From Hydrurus foetidus (lineage: Eukaryota), in assembly GCA_900617105.1 (NCBI GenBank), contig UYFQ01000008.1, positions 1-53,600 on the forward strand: a stretch of DNA of 53,600 nucleotides, written 5' to 3'. Shown piece after piece: positions 23,111-35,778 of the stretch. The translations under genes were made by a program, and so were the position numbers. The notes beneath the pieces are model-generated. The model did no database searches. It was not told where the DNA came from and worked only from the letters and a program-made list of their open reading frames with translations. Position 1 is the stretch's first letter. Every line of letters starts with the position of its first letter.

Positions 23111-25246
23111 TGTGGTAGTTCCGGGTCCAAGGTCCCGATCCTACGGGATAGTACTACGGTAAACTACTCACTGTACACTACAGTCTGTTGTATCGTCGTA
23201 GCCACTTACAGCCTCCACGTAGAAGTTCACCCTAGTTTCTAGCTTTCCTACTGTAACTAACTACCGCTTCTAGACATCTCCTCCTACCTTCCCATCCCGA
23301 GCCACAATAGCGCTATTCCCGCTCATCATTCTTCGCTTCTTTCTCTAAAATCTACTCGGCCAATCTTTAGATAGACTTCCAACGGAGTACGACATACTCC
23401 ACGACTTCCGAGTAGTTGTTTTCTCGCTGAGCCCACAGCTCCGAGAACTTAGCTTTAAGTTAACGGAAGCGGGCATATTCTTCCCAATTTGGAACCTTTG
23501 AAAGGTGTTTCCAAAAAGTTTGTTTTGGTCGAAGTCGCGAGAGCCTTCCCAACTCGAAATTAAGGAGTTCCCCGCTTGCAATTTGGATACCGATTCCATT
23601 GCTAGAGACATCAAATTAGCCTAAGGACGTCTTTTGGTCGACAGGAAGTTCTTCCTTCATCCTCAAGAGGACCCAAAATTTTCACCACTCAAAATTCGGC
23701 TCTCGTGCTATAGAATTTTTCTCGACAAGAGTTGGTTGAAATCCAATTATTCGCTGTTACTTGCGTAAAGTACTCAATAAGCGAACGAGGCGAAGCTCTC
23801 GCATTATTTTTTGACGAAGAACGCTCGTCCTTGCTTCGATATAACTCGATTTATATCTACTGCTCATCCTTCGATAAGAGATGGCAGAGAATTCTCTCGA
23901 TCCTGAGCCCAGCCCAAATCCAAGGGATAATGAGTCTGATAATGAGGAAGTAGTTGATGAGGAAGGAAACATCCTTAACCTCTCACAAAACTCATAATCG
24001 TCAAATATGGGTTTCCCACAGACGCTACAGATCCAGCGAGAGATATTCATCCTGTGGTAGTTCCGGGTCTAAGGTCCCGATTACCGGATAGCACTCCGCA
24101 AGATGCTGAGAGCTTCTTTGAGCAAGCTCAACGGATGCCTCACTTACGCATTAATTAATGCATGCAACGTCAAGCATTCGATTTGCTTCATGTTAAATTC
24201 ATGACTGATCAGGCGACGCTGTCAGTAGTTACCAACGAGCAGAGGCTTAATTGGCAAAACCTTCTCCCGATAGAAAGCGTTGCCACGTTGATAATGCAAT
24301 ACTTTTGCAAAAACAAGAAAGGGGATCATACCTTAGCAGAACTGTTTGCTAAGGTCCCGTTCCACTATTCTCTTTCCTCTGATGAGGAAGAGTTAGTAAC
24401 GAACATGGCGTACAAAGAGATCGCTACCGATCACGAGCGTGTCCGTCGTATCACTGCATCACAGCATGTCTAGTTGATTTCGATTCTGAGAAACGACTCC
24501 CTCGAGGGAGTCGCATCCAAGCGGATTACGTAATTCACAAATCGAGGGACAACGAGTCCCCTAAGATGTGGGAAATCGCTATGATGCGCATTATCGCAGT
24601 CGTTACTGCGGCACGTGAGACAATCCACATGAGCAGGAGTAATGGCAACCCTGACATTGTCAACTCGTTTCCGAGTACAGCAATACCTCCTCCCCGCTCT
24701 ACTAAAAAGCGGGCGAGCACACTGGCTATAAGTGAGGTAGATATCCCAAGTGGTAGTAGCAACCTAGCGGTACGATCTACACCGATGAACCGTTAGTGTC
24801 CGATGCCCGGGTTTGTCGCTCATGCGGGAACCCTGCACATATTCTAAACGAGTATCCAGTCTTGTACTATTCCGACACCAACAACAATCACGGCTGTAAC
24901 TGGCCTGATTCGTTTGTAGGTAAGGCATGGCTGGCACAGGGTGAAGTTACGTGACAGGAGAGACTCATCTTACCTGTGTACGAAACCAGGGAAAGATACC
25001 ACCCTGCGGGTTCGCCACCGTACTTGATGTGCAACAGCAAAAAGCTGCAAGGCAACCAGGGGAAAACAACCCAAACCAGGGGAACCAAAACCAAGGTTTC
25101 GGAAACCGCGGAAATCAAAACCAAGGTAACCAGAACCAAGGTTATGGTAATCAGAACTACCAAAACCGCAACCAAGGAAACCCCGGCCCTGGGGGTAACC
25201 AAGGTGGTGGTAGAGGGTACCAGGGGAAGACTAGGGGTTAGCCACA
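23111..25246 (+). mobile_element. Gypsy-3: deleted relative of Gypsy-2 (5' LTR, degenerate gag, last ~7 bp of the 3' LTR)
   Basis: 5' LTR 23111-23306 (TGTGG...GAGCCACA). gag remnants with CRSCGNPAH and NQG repeats. AGCCACA at 25240-25246 is followed by ATAC, matching ATAC at 23107-23110 (4-bp TSD). Confidence 0.88.
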
Positions 25247-25364
25247 ATACTAACATTTTTTGTTATTTCGATGAAGAAGATACACTTCTTGTCTCAGTGG
25301 GAAGTCCTCGGTGTGATCTCAAAATACGTCTTTCGGTCATACATTGTACCATGATGCCCAGGCT

Positions 25365-25535
25365 AGGCCAGAACGAAATGGCTCGGCCAGATCCGAATGA
25401 CTCGGCCAGACCCAAATGACTCGGCCAGACCCAAATGACTCGGCCAGACCGAACTAGCTCGGCCAGGCCGAAATGGCTCGGCCAGCTTCGGCCAAGAAAT
25501 GTGGCCGAGTTGCGCCTCGCCCGTGGCCGAGCTGA
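25365..25535. repeat. hAT subterminal repeats (CTCGGCCAG-containing ~19-bp units)
   Basis: Tandem CTCGGCCAGACCCAAATGA-like units; the same motif occurs at 12415-12480 and 26185-26220. Confidence 0.85.
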
Positions 25536-25546
25536 TCATGAACTAA

Positions 25547-26181
25547 GGCCACAATTCACCGTCACGTGATAACGCGATACGTGATAGTATCACGTGCAGA
25601 TTATCACGTAAAACTTTGATTCGCCGGACACGCGAAGTCATTTCCAACGTGATAGTATCGCGGATCCTCCAATATTCAACGCGAAAAACAGATTTATCGC
25701 GTCCTCGATTTTATCAAAACGCGATACATTATAGGACTACGTTGCCACCTTGGAAACCATACAATTTATTCAGACAGATGGCAGACGAGGCATCAATTCG
25801 AATGAATAGGGCAACTCGAGGACTGGGTGAAGCCTACATACTACTACTGTTGCTAGCATGGAACGATGTAGTTACGAACGGTTCGAAGCAGAGCACCGCC
25901 CAGATTGAGCAATCTATTAAAGTGAGAGCAGCAGATTGGGTCAAGGAGCTGTTTGATAGTTACAAATACATTCCAATCAAAGATGCCACGGCTGAGTCTA
26001 TCATCTGGTAGATAGCTTGAAACGGTCATCTTGGGTAAAAAATTCTTAAAAATTTGAATATTTGAATTATCACGTGCAGATTATCACGAAAAACGGTGAA
26101 ACGTGGAAAAGTTCGTATACGTGATAATCTGCACTTGATACTATCGCGTATCGCGTTATCACGTGACGGTGAATTGTGGCC
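25547..26181. mobile_element. Non-autonomous PIF/Harbinger (Tourist-like) MITE
   Basis: ~64-bp TIRs starting GGCCACAATTCACCGTCACGTGATAACGCGATACG; TAA TSD at 25544-25546 and 26182-26184. Confidence 0.93.
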
Positions 26182-26382
26182 TAAGCTCGGCCTGGCCGAG
26201 GAGGGTCGGCAAGCTCGGCCACCACCCCTAGTGGTTTGTCGTTCAATTCGGGGGGCGGGGAAAAATTTTCCATTGGATCTCTTCTTCAATAAGAAAGTCA
26301 CATGTCCCTTCTCACATTGCAACCATCCTGCTATCCCTGCTGCGGAAATGTTCAGAGATTATAACACTTAGAACTAGACATC

Positions 26383-27123
26383 ATGATGCTCAATTCGGTA
26401 GTTCTTGTCGCAATCATTGCCGCTGCGTCGGCATTCATGCCAACTAATGTCCTGAAATCATCAAGGTACCTTTTCTTGAGATCTCTTTGTCATCTTCAAC
26501 ACAAATTTTAATCGTTACGACACCGCAACTCCGGTCCCTTTCCACTCATATTTAGAATGACACTGGCCATGAAATCGAATGTAAGTTATCTCATCATGTC
26601 GTCTGATTCTTGTTTGAATTTCTGGATCCCAACAGACTTGTAATGTTAAGCAATCATGAACATGTTCTGTTGTAGGATCTCCAAAAGGCCATCGCCGCAT
26701 CAATGATCGGCGCCTCTCTTTTCCTTGGAGGATCAGTCAAGGCTGAGGTCGACTACCAAGGCATTGCCTACCTCGGAGGCGGAGACAAGATCGATCTGAA
26801 CAACGCCAACATCCGCGCTTACCTTAAAGTCCCCGGATTCTACCCCTCCATCGCCTCCAAAATCGTTGTAAACGGCCCTTTCAAGACTGTTGCCGACGTC
26901 TACAACATCCCTGGACTCACATCCGTTCAGAAGGACATCATCAAGAAGTCTGAATCCAGATTTCTTGCCCTTGACGTAAAGCCTGAATACGAGATTGACA
27001 AGATCAACAACGGGTAAGCTCTAGACAATTGCATTCCACCACCTCATCGCAACCCCAACAATCGCGTCTGCGACACTACTCCTAATCAAATCCCTCTCTT
27101 TTTCTTGCAGCCTTTACCGTTAA
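26383..27123 (+). CDS. psbU: Photosystem II 12-kDa extrinsic protein PsbU precursor (4 exons: 26383-26465, 26556-26580, 26676-27013, 27111-27123)
   Basis: KIDLNNANIRAY..PGFYPSIA.KIV.NGP...DKINNGLYR; signal peptide ending ASA-F, transit peptide, lumenal VKA cleavage site; GT-AG introns. Confidence 0.95.
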
Positions 27124-28613
27124 ACAGTGGTCTGGTCTCCCGACGCCAACGTAGATACTAGCCCATTTCATTACCTTGTTTAAATTTTGCCTCAGCTGCC
27201 TGTTTATTTTTCGAACTTATAACCAAAGAGATATTTTCTTGAAACTTCTACTTCAGTCCATTCATTCAGGGGGCGGCGCCGTCCACGCATATCCATGTTG
27301 CGAAGCCGTAAATGCCTCTGAAGCAGAGCCTGTTGCTGGGGCCAGCAAAACTTTTTTGAATTACTTCTTGTCGCGACCCACAGACGGAACGATAAGTAAA
27401 CGCGTGAGAGTAGTGCATCGGAACAACGCCTACACGTCCTCCGCATGACAATCAGCTACTACAATGACGACAGGTATCATCCCATGGTTCGTAAAACTTC
27501 ACCCCAAACAATGTAGGGCCAAATAGCCTCCGGATATGAACTGCTGCGTCGATGCCTTTTAAGCGAACAATTTTGTTTAGTATAGCTAACATGAGATATA
27601 GGTCTATCCTCTAGATCATTTCTCGAAGGTAACTCATGTTTTTGCTGTAGGCATATTCTATGATGTCGTGAATACCTAAACACCCCCACTTACTCATCAC
27701 ACGGTGACCTGCTAACCACAGAGCAACAGTCGATGTGAAAAAACCAATCTATTCGATTGTTGTATCAGTATCATACAATGCGCAACAACGGCCACGAAAT
27801 AAAGTGTGCCAATAAGTCATGGACGAGTACAGAACTGCACTCTACTCCACTATACTGCATTGCACTGCACATAACTATACTGTACAACAGAGCGTTGGAC
27901 CGTTTCATGAATGCAGGATCCTGTGCGAATTGAGGACTTCCCTTCCCGTGTGCCTCATTCATCTTCGTTCCTTCCGTTTCCTTCGTTGAAGAGCAATTGG
28001 GTAAATAATTCCACTTCATCATCAAAAACCATAGTTCGCCATTGCTTTGTACTGACAATGAACCTGAACGCGCAAGGTTGTGATTTGAATAAATTTCAGA
28101 CAGATATTTCCCAAACAAACATCCGAGGCAACTTCTCTCACTAACCAATCGTTAGACAAGGAAACTTATTGAGAGATCATCAAGAGAACATATTTTGATT
28201 TTTCTGGAGTTTTTTTGGTGTTGGAGATAGGGCAGATAGATATCAGTGTCGCACCCAGTTACGCACAAAAAAAATATGTATTACAGGGATTAAAATTTAA
28301 AATGAGTAAATATAGAATGGATAAGAATCTCAGATGGAAATGGTCATTTCAACATTTCTCAAACCTGATTTCAGTCTGTGCTACGTTCATTTTATTCTGT
28401 ACCAGTGATAGTAAGCCCACTACTCTAATCTAAAATAAGCAATCTTCACTGGAAAAAAATTTCACCACAATTTTTGATCCGTTTAATCAAGATGTAACAG
28501 GTATTTCCCATTTTTCAAATCAGCCATTTGCTGTCTCAGTTGTTACAAATTGAAGTAAAATAAGAAATCAGATGAAGAACAGGAAATGAAGGAGTCTTGG
28601 GGATGTAGATTAC

Positions 28614-29008
28614 AAGGCTCCTTTTTTATTCCAGGTCCACGTTTAATTTGGACCCACCCCTATATTACAACAGCAGAATAAATTGGCACCTTTTTTCGGA
28701 TATAAATATCAGATGGAGTGATGATAGTCAGCCCCACACCATACCGTACTAAAAAATGAAAAAGGGAACGTTTCCCGGATTTTTCATTTTTTAGTATGTA
28801 TGGTGTAGGGTGATCGATGTATCATAAGTCCATCTGAGATTTACGCGGAAAAGGTGCCACTCTATTCTCTATTCTGCTGTTGTAATACAAGATACAAGAC
28901 AATTAACTTTCCCGTACTGTAAACTGAAAACAGTACGGTCAGTTACTTGCCGTGTATAGGGGTGGGTCCAGATTAAACGCGTGGACCCTGGAATAAAAGA
29001 GCAGCCTT
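28614..29008. mobile_element. ~395-bp foldback (palindromic) element
   Basis: Arms pair along their length around the centre GGGAACGTTTCCC (~28770); ~65-bp extra segment in the right arm. Confidence 0.8.
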
Positions 29009-29192
29009 TATTAGGTACCAGATTTTACCGTGTTATTGGACGTACTGTAAGTACTTCGTACTGTGTGATGTGCAGTGTGCAGTGCGCAGTATGTTTACCA
29101 AGGAGTAGCGAGGCAAGGACAGCTTCAACCCGTATATTGAGCAACGTATTGGCCAGAAGAAATTTTGATCGATTCGCTTCAAGACTGGAACG

Positions 29193-32078
29193 ATGCAAAT
29201 AGACTTATCAGCGAAAAACGCGAGGAATCTTTCCGTTTTAAAGAAAATTGATGGCAACGTCTCGGAGATAATTTCTGAGGCTTCGGACACAGCGATTTAT
29301 AAATTCGATGCCGCGAACAAAAAATGGGACAGATTTGGTGTACAAGGCGCAGTTTTTGTCACTCAGAACGTGTCTGCGCCATTTCATAGTCTCATAGTCC
29401 TTAACAAACTCGGTAATGTTGGACATACTAAATAATGAACGAGTTCTTAAGGAGCGACCCATCAACAACATCTAATTTCATTCGCATGTCATCTATTTAG
29501 GACCCGATGACTTCTTGCTTGACTTAAGCGTCGTTAGGAACGCAAAAATACAAGATCTCTTCATTATGATAAAGTACGCAACGTCGGTAAGATATCATTT
29601 CCTAAGGGCACGTCACCAACTCAGTGACTGAGAAATCAGGTTGATATCGGACACCATAATCATTAATATTATACCTTACTACCATTCACAGGGGGCACCG
29701 TTAATAATTGGTCTCTGGTTGCGAGATAATGGAGAAAGAGAAGCCCTGCTCGAAGCTATTTTAAGGTGAAACAGATATCAAGAATCAAACATATTCTCAA
29801 CACTACTCGAACAAATTCACTGAATTTACGCCCTGCTATCTATTGTTCTTCGTACGTTCTAAAGTCAGCTTGTCGGCAGCGGTATTCAATGAGTTAAAAA
29901 TCTATATGTTGCATGATTTATCCTTCTACCGACATTTCTTAATCGAATAGGCTATCCGGAGAGACGGATGGTGGAGCGACTAAGAGAGCAACTAGTGGCC
30001 CTAAAAGTTCATTGATACAACAAAGCACGTCCACACCTGTCAAAGCTAAAGTACCAGACACACTTGTATCAACAGGAGCAACAACAACTACGACGGTTAA
30101 TACAACGGTCAATACAAATGGTGCACTTCTCATGCGCATTCTCTCTGGCAACCAAACAGGCAATCAGAATGCAAATACAGACAGTCCGAGTCGTGTAGTC
30201 ACTGATTTCTTGACGGATAAGGAAATATCAGCGAAATCGACTGCAGCATCATCAAAAAATAATGTACATACTTCCAATAACACAACAACCTCAACTTCAT
30301 CTGAGGACAAAAAAGCGAGTGAAATCTCCACAGTAACCTCTCCATCTTCATCGTCATCATTGTTGAAATCGATTTTAAATGTGCAAGTTGCTCAAGTCGC
30401 CCCACCCGTCACCCCTATAGCAAGACGACTATCTCGTGACGCTCCTCCTCCTCTCTCAGCTCTACAAAAAAACGGTCACAACAGTAGTCCACTAGGTGGT
30501 GCATCAAGAGAAAAAGAAAAAACTGAAAATAACGAAGTAGTAGGAAAAGCACAGCAGGAAAATAAATTTAGTGCTAATGTCACGGAATCCAGTCCAGGAT
30601 CTGTGCAAAAAATAATTCCTTTAGGGAATTCTGGAAATACTGGAGGAGGCCTGATTCCTAGCTCAGTACGAATTCATTTTATCGGGAAGAAAAACGAGAT
30701 TCCAGAAAAAGTTCGAGGTCCGGAATGTTTAGAGAATTCTGAGAAGAAGATTTATCTTTCTTCCCCGGTTTCATCGATGACATCAGTACCAAATCCCACT
30801 TCTGTGCCATCCAAAACGGAGAATAATACTTCCTTTTTCACGCCCTCTTCTTCTTCCCTCTCCGCTTCCGCTTCTCTTTTAGAGGCTTTGTCGATTGTTC
30901 CGAAATGTTCGTCACCCTTTCCTGTTGCAAAGCAGAATGTATCGGTGCAGGGTCCCGTCTCAATTCCTGTTTCTGTTCCAGTTCCAGTTCCGGTCGTAGA
31001 TGTGGCAGTGCCGAGGAGAATGTCAGTTTCTCAATTGTTTCAAACGCAACCAACAGCAGCAACAACTGCAAGGACACCAACAGGAAATCAAGTTCAAAAT
31101 AAATCTATTCAACAAGTTCAACAAGTGCAGTCTAGTGGAGGGGGAGGAATGGCAACAATTGAAACAAATACAAATACGAATAATAGGTTGATAAATCGTA
31201 TTCCTATCGAGCAAGTTTTTCAATCATCATCTGTCGTCAGTGAAGTCGCAATCTCTATGAGTCAAAGCAAAGAGAACATGACAAAAAGTGAATCTCTATT
31301 TACTATGCTAAAACTTCGACCAAACGAAACTGAGCAATCCGATCCTGTAAAATTTGCCGACTCAAAACAATCCAAAGCGATTCCAGGCGTGGAGTCATTC
31401 TTTGTCCCTCCCTCTGTATCTTCTCTCTCTGCTTCTGTTTCCGCTGGCACGGAGACAGCTGGCTCAAAGCCGTTTCGAAATACAGCTACTACAGAGTACA
31501 CCTCATCAGTTAAATCATCAGCAACGCCCCCTGCACTGGGAAGTAAAACAGACAGAGTGGACTCAAATCACACAAACTCGAACACAAACTCGAACACTCA
31601 GCACTCCGCATTACCCCTCTCAACCCGCTCTTCCCCCGCTTCTTTCTTCGCCTCATCTTCCAGCAGTGTAACACCCAAACCTCCCCTCTCCACCTCCCCC
31701 CCTACCTTCCCTCAACGCGTTCCCTCCTCCCTCACAGCACCTCTCACAGCCAGTGCATCTCAAGCACCACACACAGACACACTCCCCGCACATCGCCTCC
31801 CCCTTGGCCTGACCTCACGCGTGTCTCTCAATACTACTGGAGACCGAAGCCGCAGCACACCTTCTCCCCCATCACTCATCAAATCCGCCCCATCTCAACA
31901 CGAACACATCACACCCTCATCTAGAGTCTCCTTACACGGTTCCCTAGGGCAAAACGGTAAAAACGAATTGTCGCATATTACGCCTCAGAAGATTCCAGAC
32001 CAGGTCCAGGTTCCTCTCCCCACACCGTTGAAATTTTTGAGTCCGTCTGATCTTACTGGATATATTCGAAAATTTTAA
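29193..32078 (+). CDS. DCP1: mRNA decapping factor DCP1 (EVH1 domain plus long S/T/P-rich tail), 4 exons
   Basis: NLSVLKKID...AIYKFD...WDRFGVQGAVFV...PFHSLIVLNKL...IIGLWLRD fits the Dcp1 EVH1 pattern. GT-AG introns join it in frame to the 30012-32078 ORF. Confidence 0.85.
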
Positions 32079-33684
32079 GGTTTACCTAGAATTTACCGGC
32101 ATGCCCGTAGCACACAGTGACTAAAAGTAAAAGTGAAAGTTTTGTTATATTTATTGAGAAATTGCGTCAATTGGTGAATCTTCTTCTTCTCTTCTTTTTC
32201 TTGACTGAAAGAAAGTGGTAGGGTAAGTATGGGTTTACGATAAGGTGTACGTGCGATATGAATTCTTGCAGTCACAGTGCAGTGCATAAAGTCCAATGCT
32301 TAAGTAAGAGTGAGTTATCGCCAGATTTGACTGTGTAACGTAAATTGTAATTCCCCTTTCCTAAATACAGATTTTTCGTTTTAGTACGACTGTGTGCTAA
32401 TTTAGTAGATGATAGAGCTGGTGTACTTGATTTCATCAATTCAATTTGACCCAATTTTTTTCAAATTTGCTGAAGTTGTTTTTGATATCTGACATTTTTC
32501 ACACCTATTTTCTGCTATATTTATCAACACTCGCGATCTTTCTTCATATCTTATCGCATTGCATCGCATCGCATCGCATCTTACCGTATGAAGTTTACCG
32601 CATCAAAATACAAAATGCTGTTTTTTTTCTAAGCTTAATTAAATTCGAAATATCACCGTCAAACACTACAATATCGTCAAACACTATTTTTTGATATTTT
32701 ACTCTCAGTGATGTGATAATGGGGTAAGGGTTGGGATCGGGTTACAAAAACGTCAGGATAGTTGGTCCATGATGTACTGGCAGAATAATGGGAGTTAAGG
32801 ATTAAGAGGGAGAAATATGCACACAGACAAGTTTTTGTAACTTCAAACCAGATGAAATCACCTCGCCTTCAGACCCTGATGCATAGCAGAAAGATGAGGA
32901 GAAGGGAGAGTTCTATGTAGGAACAGTCACAGCAGGAAGCACAGGCATAGGGCAGAAGTTTCGTGAGTGAATTCTGACGTCAGCAGGAGGCCGATTGCAT
33001 AGCATTTAGTGATTTTCTTCTAAACAGCTTTTGACGATTTCGGCAATATTCACAAATAGTTTTACTGTAGATCGGCTATTAAGATTGAATGGGGGCGAAA
33101 TAGTTTTCCTGTATAGACTGATCATACAAATGTCATGATGTAGCATACGTACGCAGTAAAGCATGGTGGTGTTCGGGTGAGGAAATGCTATGCTGCTCGT
33201 GATAACTTGTACATATTATGTTGCAACAAAAGACAGCAGTCCTAGTTCTTGTGCAGGACCGGTCCTTTGTCCTTCCATGCACTTCGTACTACATTCAATT
33301 AGTTACGTTTTAAATTACTAACGACTACAAATACAATCTCGTGACCCTCATCGTTTGATAAAATCGCTACTCATAGGATGATTAACACTATGACTTGATA
33401 TTGTTGTTGCGAAATGGAGTTGCATTAGTTACTGGCCACCGCGTGGAGGAAAAACTACAATCCCAATCTCCAGACAGTACAATGAACAGAACACAAAATA
33501 CGAAGTACAAAATACAAGGCGCAAAGTACGAAATTTTTCGTTTTCCGTCTTTGGCGCACTCATGTTTTGAAGGCATCTCTCGCAATGTTCTTCGCACTGT
33601 TAAAATAAGGTATAAGGTATAAGGTGTTATCTGTGCCAGTACCAGCATCTCAGAGTTATAGTAGAAGATAGCAGCAGTCAGACC

Positions 33685-35522
33685 ATGAACTTCCTATTCG
33701 GTAAGAAAGCTCCAACAATTAGAGAGGAGAAGAAGGACCCGTCGGTCTTAGCGAAAGAATGGAGACGAAATCTCGCGAAAGAGGCCAGATCAATCGACAG
33801 AGACGTACGAGTTAACTGAAAATTCCTGAAGCTTCCACAGAACCCTATTCCTCAACAAAAATGCAATGATTCAGGTCGAGAACTTGCGTCGTGAGGAGAA
33901 GAAAGCCTTACTCGAATGTAAGAAGTTGGCAAAGGAGGGTAGAGTGGGCGCCGCGAAAATTTTGGCTAAGGAGGTTGTCGGCACTCGTAAAGCTGTCGAG
34001 AGAATGCTGGTATGATAGGACTTGCATTGATGACTCTACTGTCACTGAAGTCGACTCTGTTGATTGGATTCTAGCAATATTAACTCGTCCTATTTCTTTC
34101 AGGTCGCCAAAGCGCAGATGAACTCTGTCTCCATGGTATTGCAGACATCAGTATGTAAGTCTCAAACGAAATCATTTGACACGCTGAATAGGTTTATTGC
34201 AATTCCTACTTATTTATATTTCTTAACATTTAATTTGATAAATTTCTTTCATCCATTTCTTGATTACTTACTCGAGTTACTTCTGTCAAATTACCCCTCT
34301 TCTACTACCTCCTTTCACTAGTCTAACTTTTTCTGCTCTATCCTGCATGCACTGTTCTGACGTTATCCGTGTTATTCTATTCTGCATGCAGCCATGATAA
34401 AGATGCAGGGATGCATGCAGAAGAGTGCAGAAATAATGACGTCCATGAACAGGTATCGCTGACATATTAACTTCTTCTTCATAAGAATTAAACATGATTA
34501 CTAAGTTGTCTATACAATTATATTATTTGGTGGTGACCTCGTATTACAGTTGTGTAGAAACGAATAAAAACGGTTGGAATTGCTTTGATGTAAATTTGTA
34601 GCATAGATTGAATCCCTTTTCATGACATGACTATGAGGCACATCACAACACACTCAAACTCACTAAATGGTTTATATAACATTCTTTTTTTAAAATAACA
34701 CTCAAAATGCAACATTCCTAACACACATTATGAATGAAAACTCATTAACCACTGGAATAATTGTTAAACGTAAATAAAAATTGCCGCACAGTTTGGTAAA
34801 ATTACCCGAAGTCCGCGAAACTATGAATGCAATGGCAAGAGAAATGATGAAAGCTGGAATGATAGAGGAAATGATAGAAGAAACAATGTCTTCTATGGAG
34901 GTACGTACGTGCGGATGTTGTTTACTTTTTGTTCATATTTGTACTTTATTACATAATTTATAATTGCAATGCGCATTTAATACGCGCCATTTTTATTTTT
35001 ATTTCGTATTATTTATTCAAATATTTTGCCTGTTTAAAGTAGAAAAACAAAACACTAAAGATTCTTCCCATCTACTTTTTATTGATTTCCTCTTAGTATT
35101 GGAATATACTTTTATTCCGATTCTAACACTAAATTAAATTCAACCCACTTTTAATTTATCTTTAATAAAAATTCTCAGCCGGAAAGCTTAGAAGGAGATG
35201 CAGATAAAGAAGTCGACAAAATAATAAATGAACTAACAGCTAATTTACTGGGTCCATCATCAGCACCCACTGGAAAAATTGCGGGCAAAGTTTCAGCTGT
35301 TCAGGTTGCTAAAAATAAAATAAAATAGAATTGATTGAATTGCTGTAGTATGTGACAGTGACCAGCTTTTATTTTATTTTATTGTTTGATTCGTGAATGA
35401 GTAAATTTGATGCTGAATCCATTTATTTGATGTAGCAGGAAGATGATAGCGAGCGGGTGGCGAGGGACGAGGCGGAAGCGGCCGAGTTGGTGGCGATGCA
35501 AGAGAGGTTGCAGGGGCTGTAA
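33685..35522 (+). CDS. VPS24: ESCRT-III subunit VPS24/CHMP3, 7 exons
   Basis: Spliced translation MNFLFGKK..EWRRNLAKEARSIDRD..AKILAKEVV..AKAQMNSVSM..GCMQKSAEIM..LVKLPEV..MAREMMKAGMIEEMIEET..MQERLQGL*. Confidence 0.9.
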
Positions 35523-35728
35523 AGATTTGAGAGGATTGGAAGGGGGAGGGGAGGAGGGATGGCGTGGGAAGTTGATGATGCGCCTGGGAAATGAGATAGA
35601 GTGATGCACAGAGAAGATGAGGAGAACAGAGGAGAGAGGCAGAACAAAAGGAAAGAGAACAGACGGGAAAAGAGGTGTTGAATCACCAGATGATAGGTTT
35701 GAAAGAGATCAATTGAGAAAAGAGATGA

Positions 35729-35778
35729 AAGGAGAGGAGAGGAGAGGAGATGAGAGGAGAGGAGAGGAGAGGAGAGGG
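35729..35778. repeat. (GGAGA)n microsatellite
   Basis: About 9-10 pentamer copies. Confidence 0.85.

Larger units (their letters stand above)
12407..26230 (+). mobile_element. hAT DNA transposon (13.8 kb including nested insertions)
   Basis: Termini TAGGGCTGGTGGCCG and CGGCCACCACCCCTA. Perfect 8-bp TSD GTGGTTTG at 12399-12406 and 26231-26238. CTCGGCC(AG) subterminal repeats at both ends. Confidence 0.95.

Noticed and set aside
25616..26371. ORFs within and across the Tourist-like MITE
   Set aside because: No transposase motifs; largely translations of TIR sequence.
32720..32746. G-rich GGGGTAAGGGTTGGGATCGGG as telomeric repeat
   Set aside because: No regular repeat unit; at most a single potential G-quadruplex.
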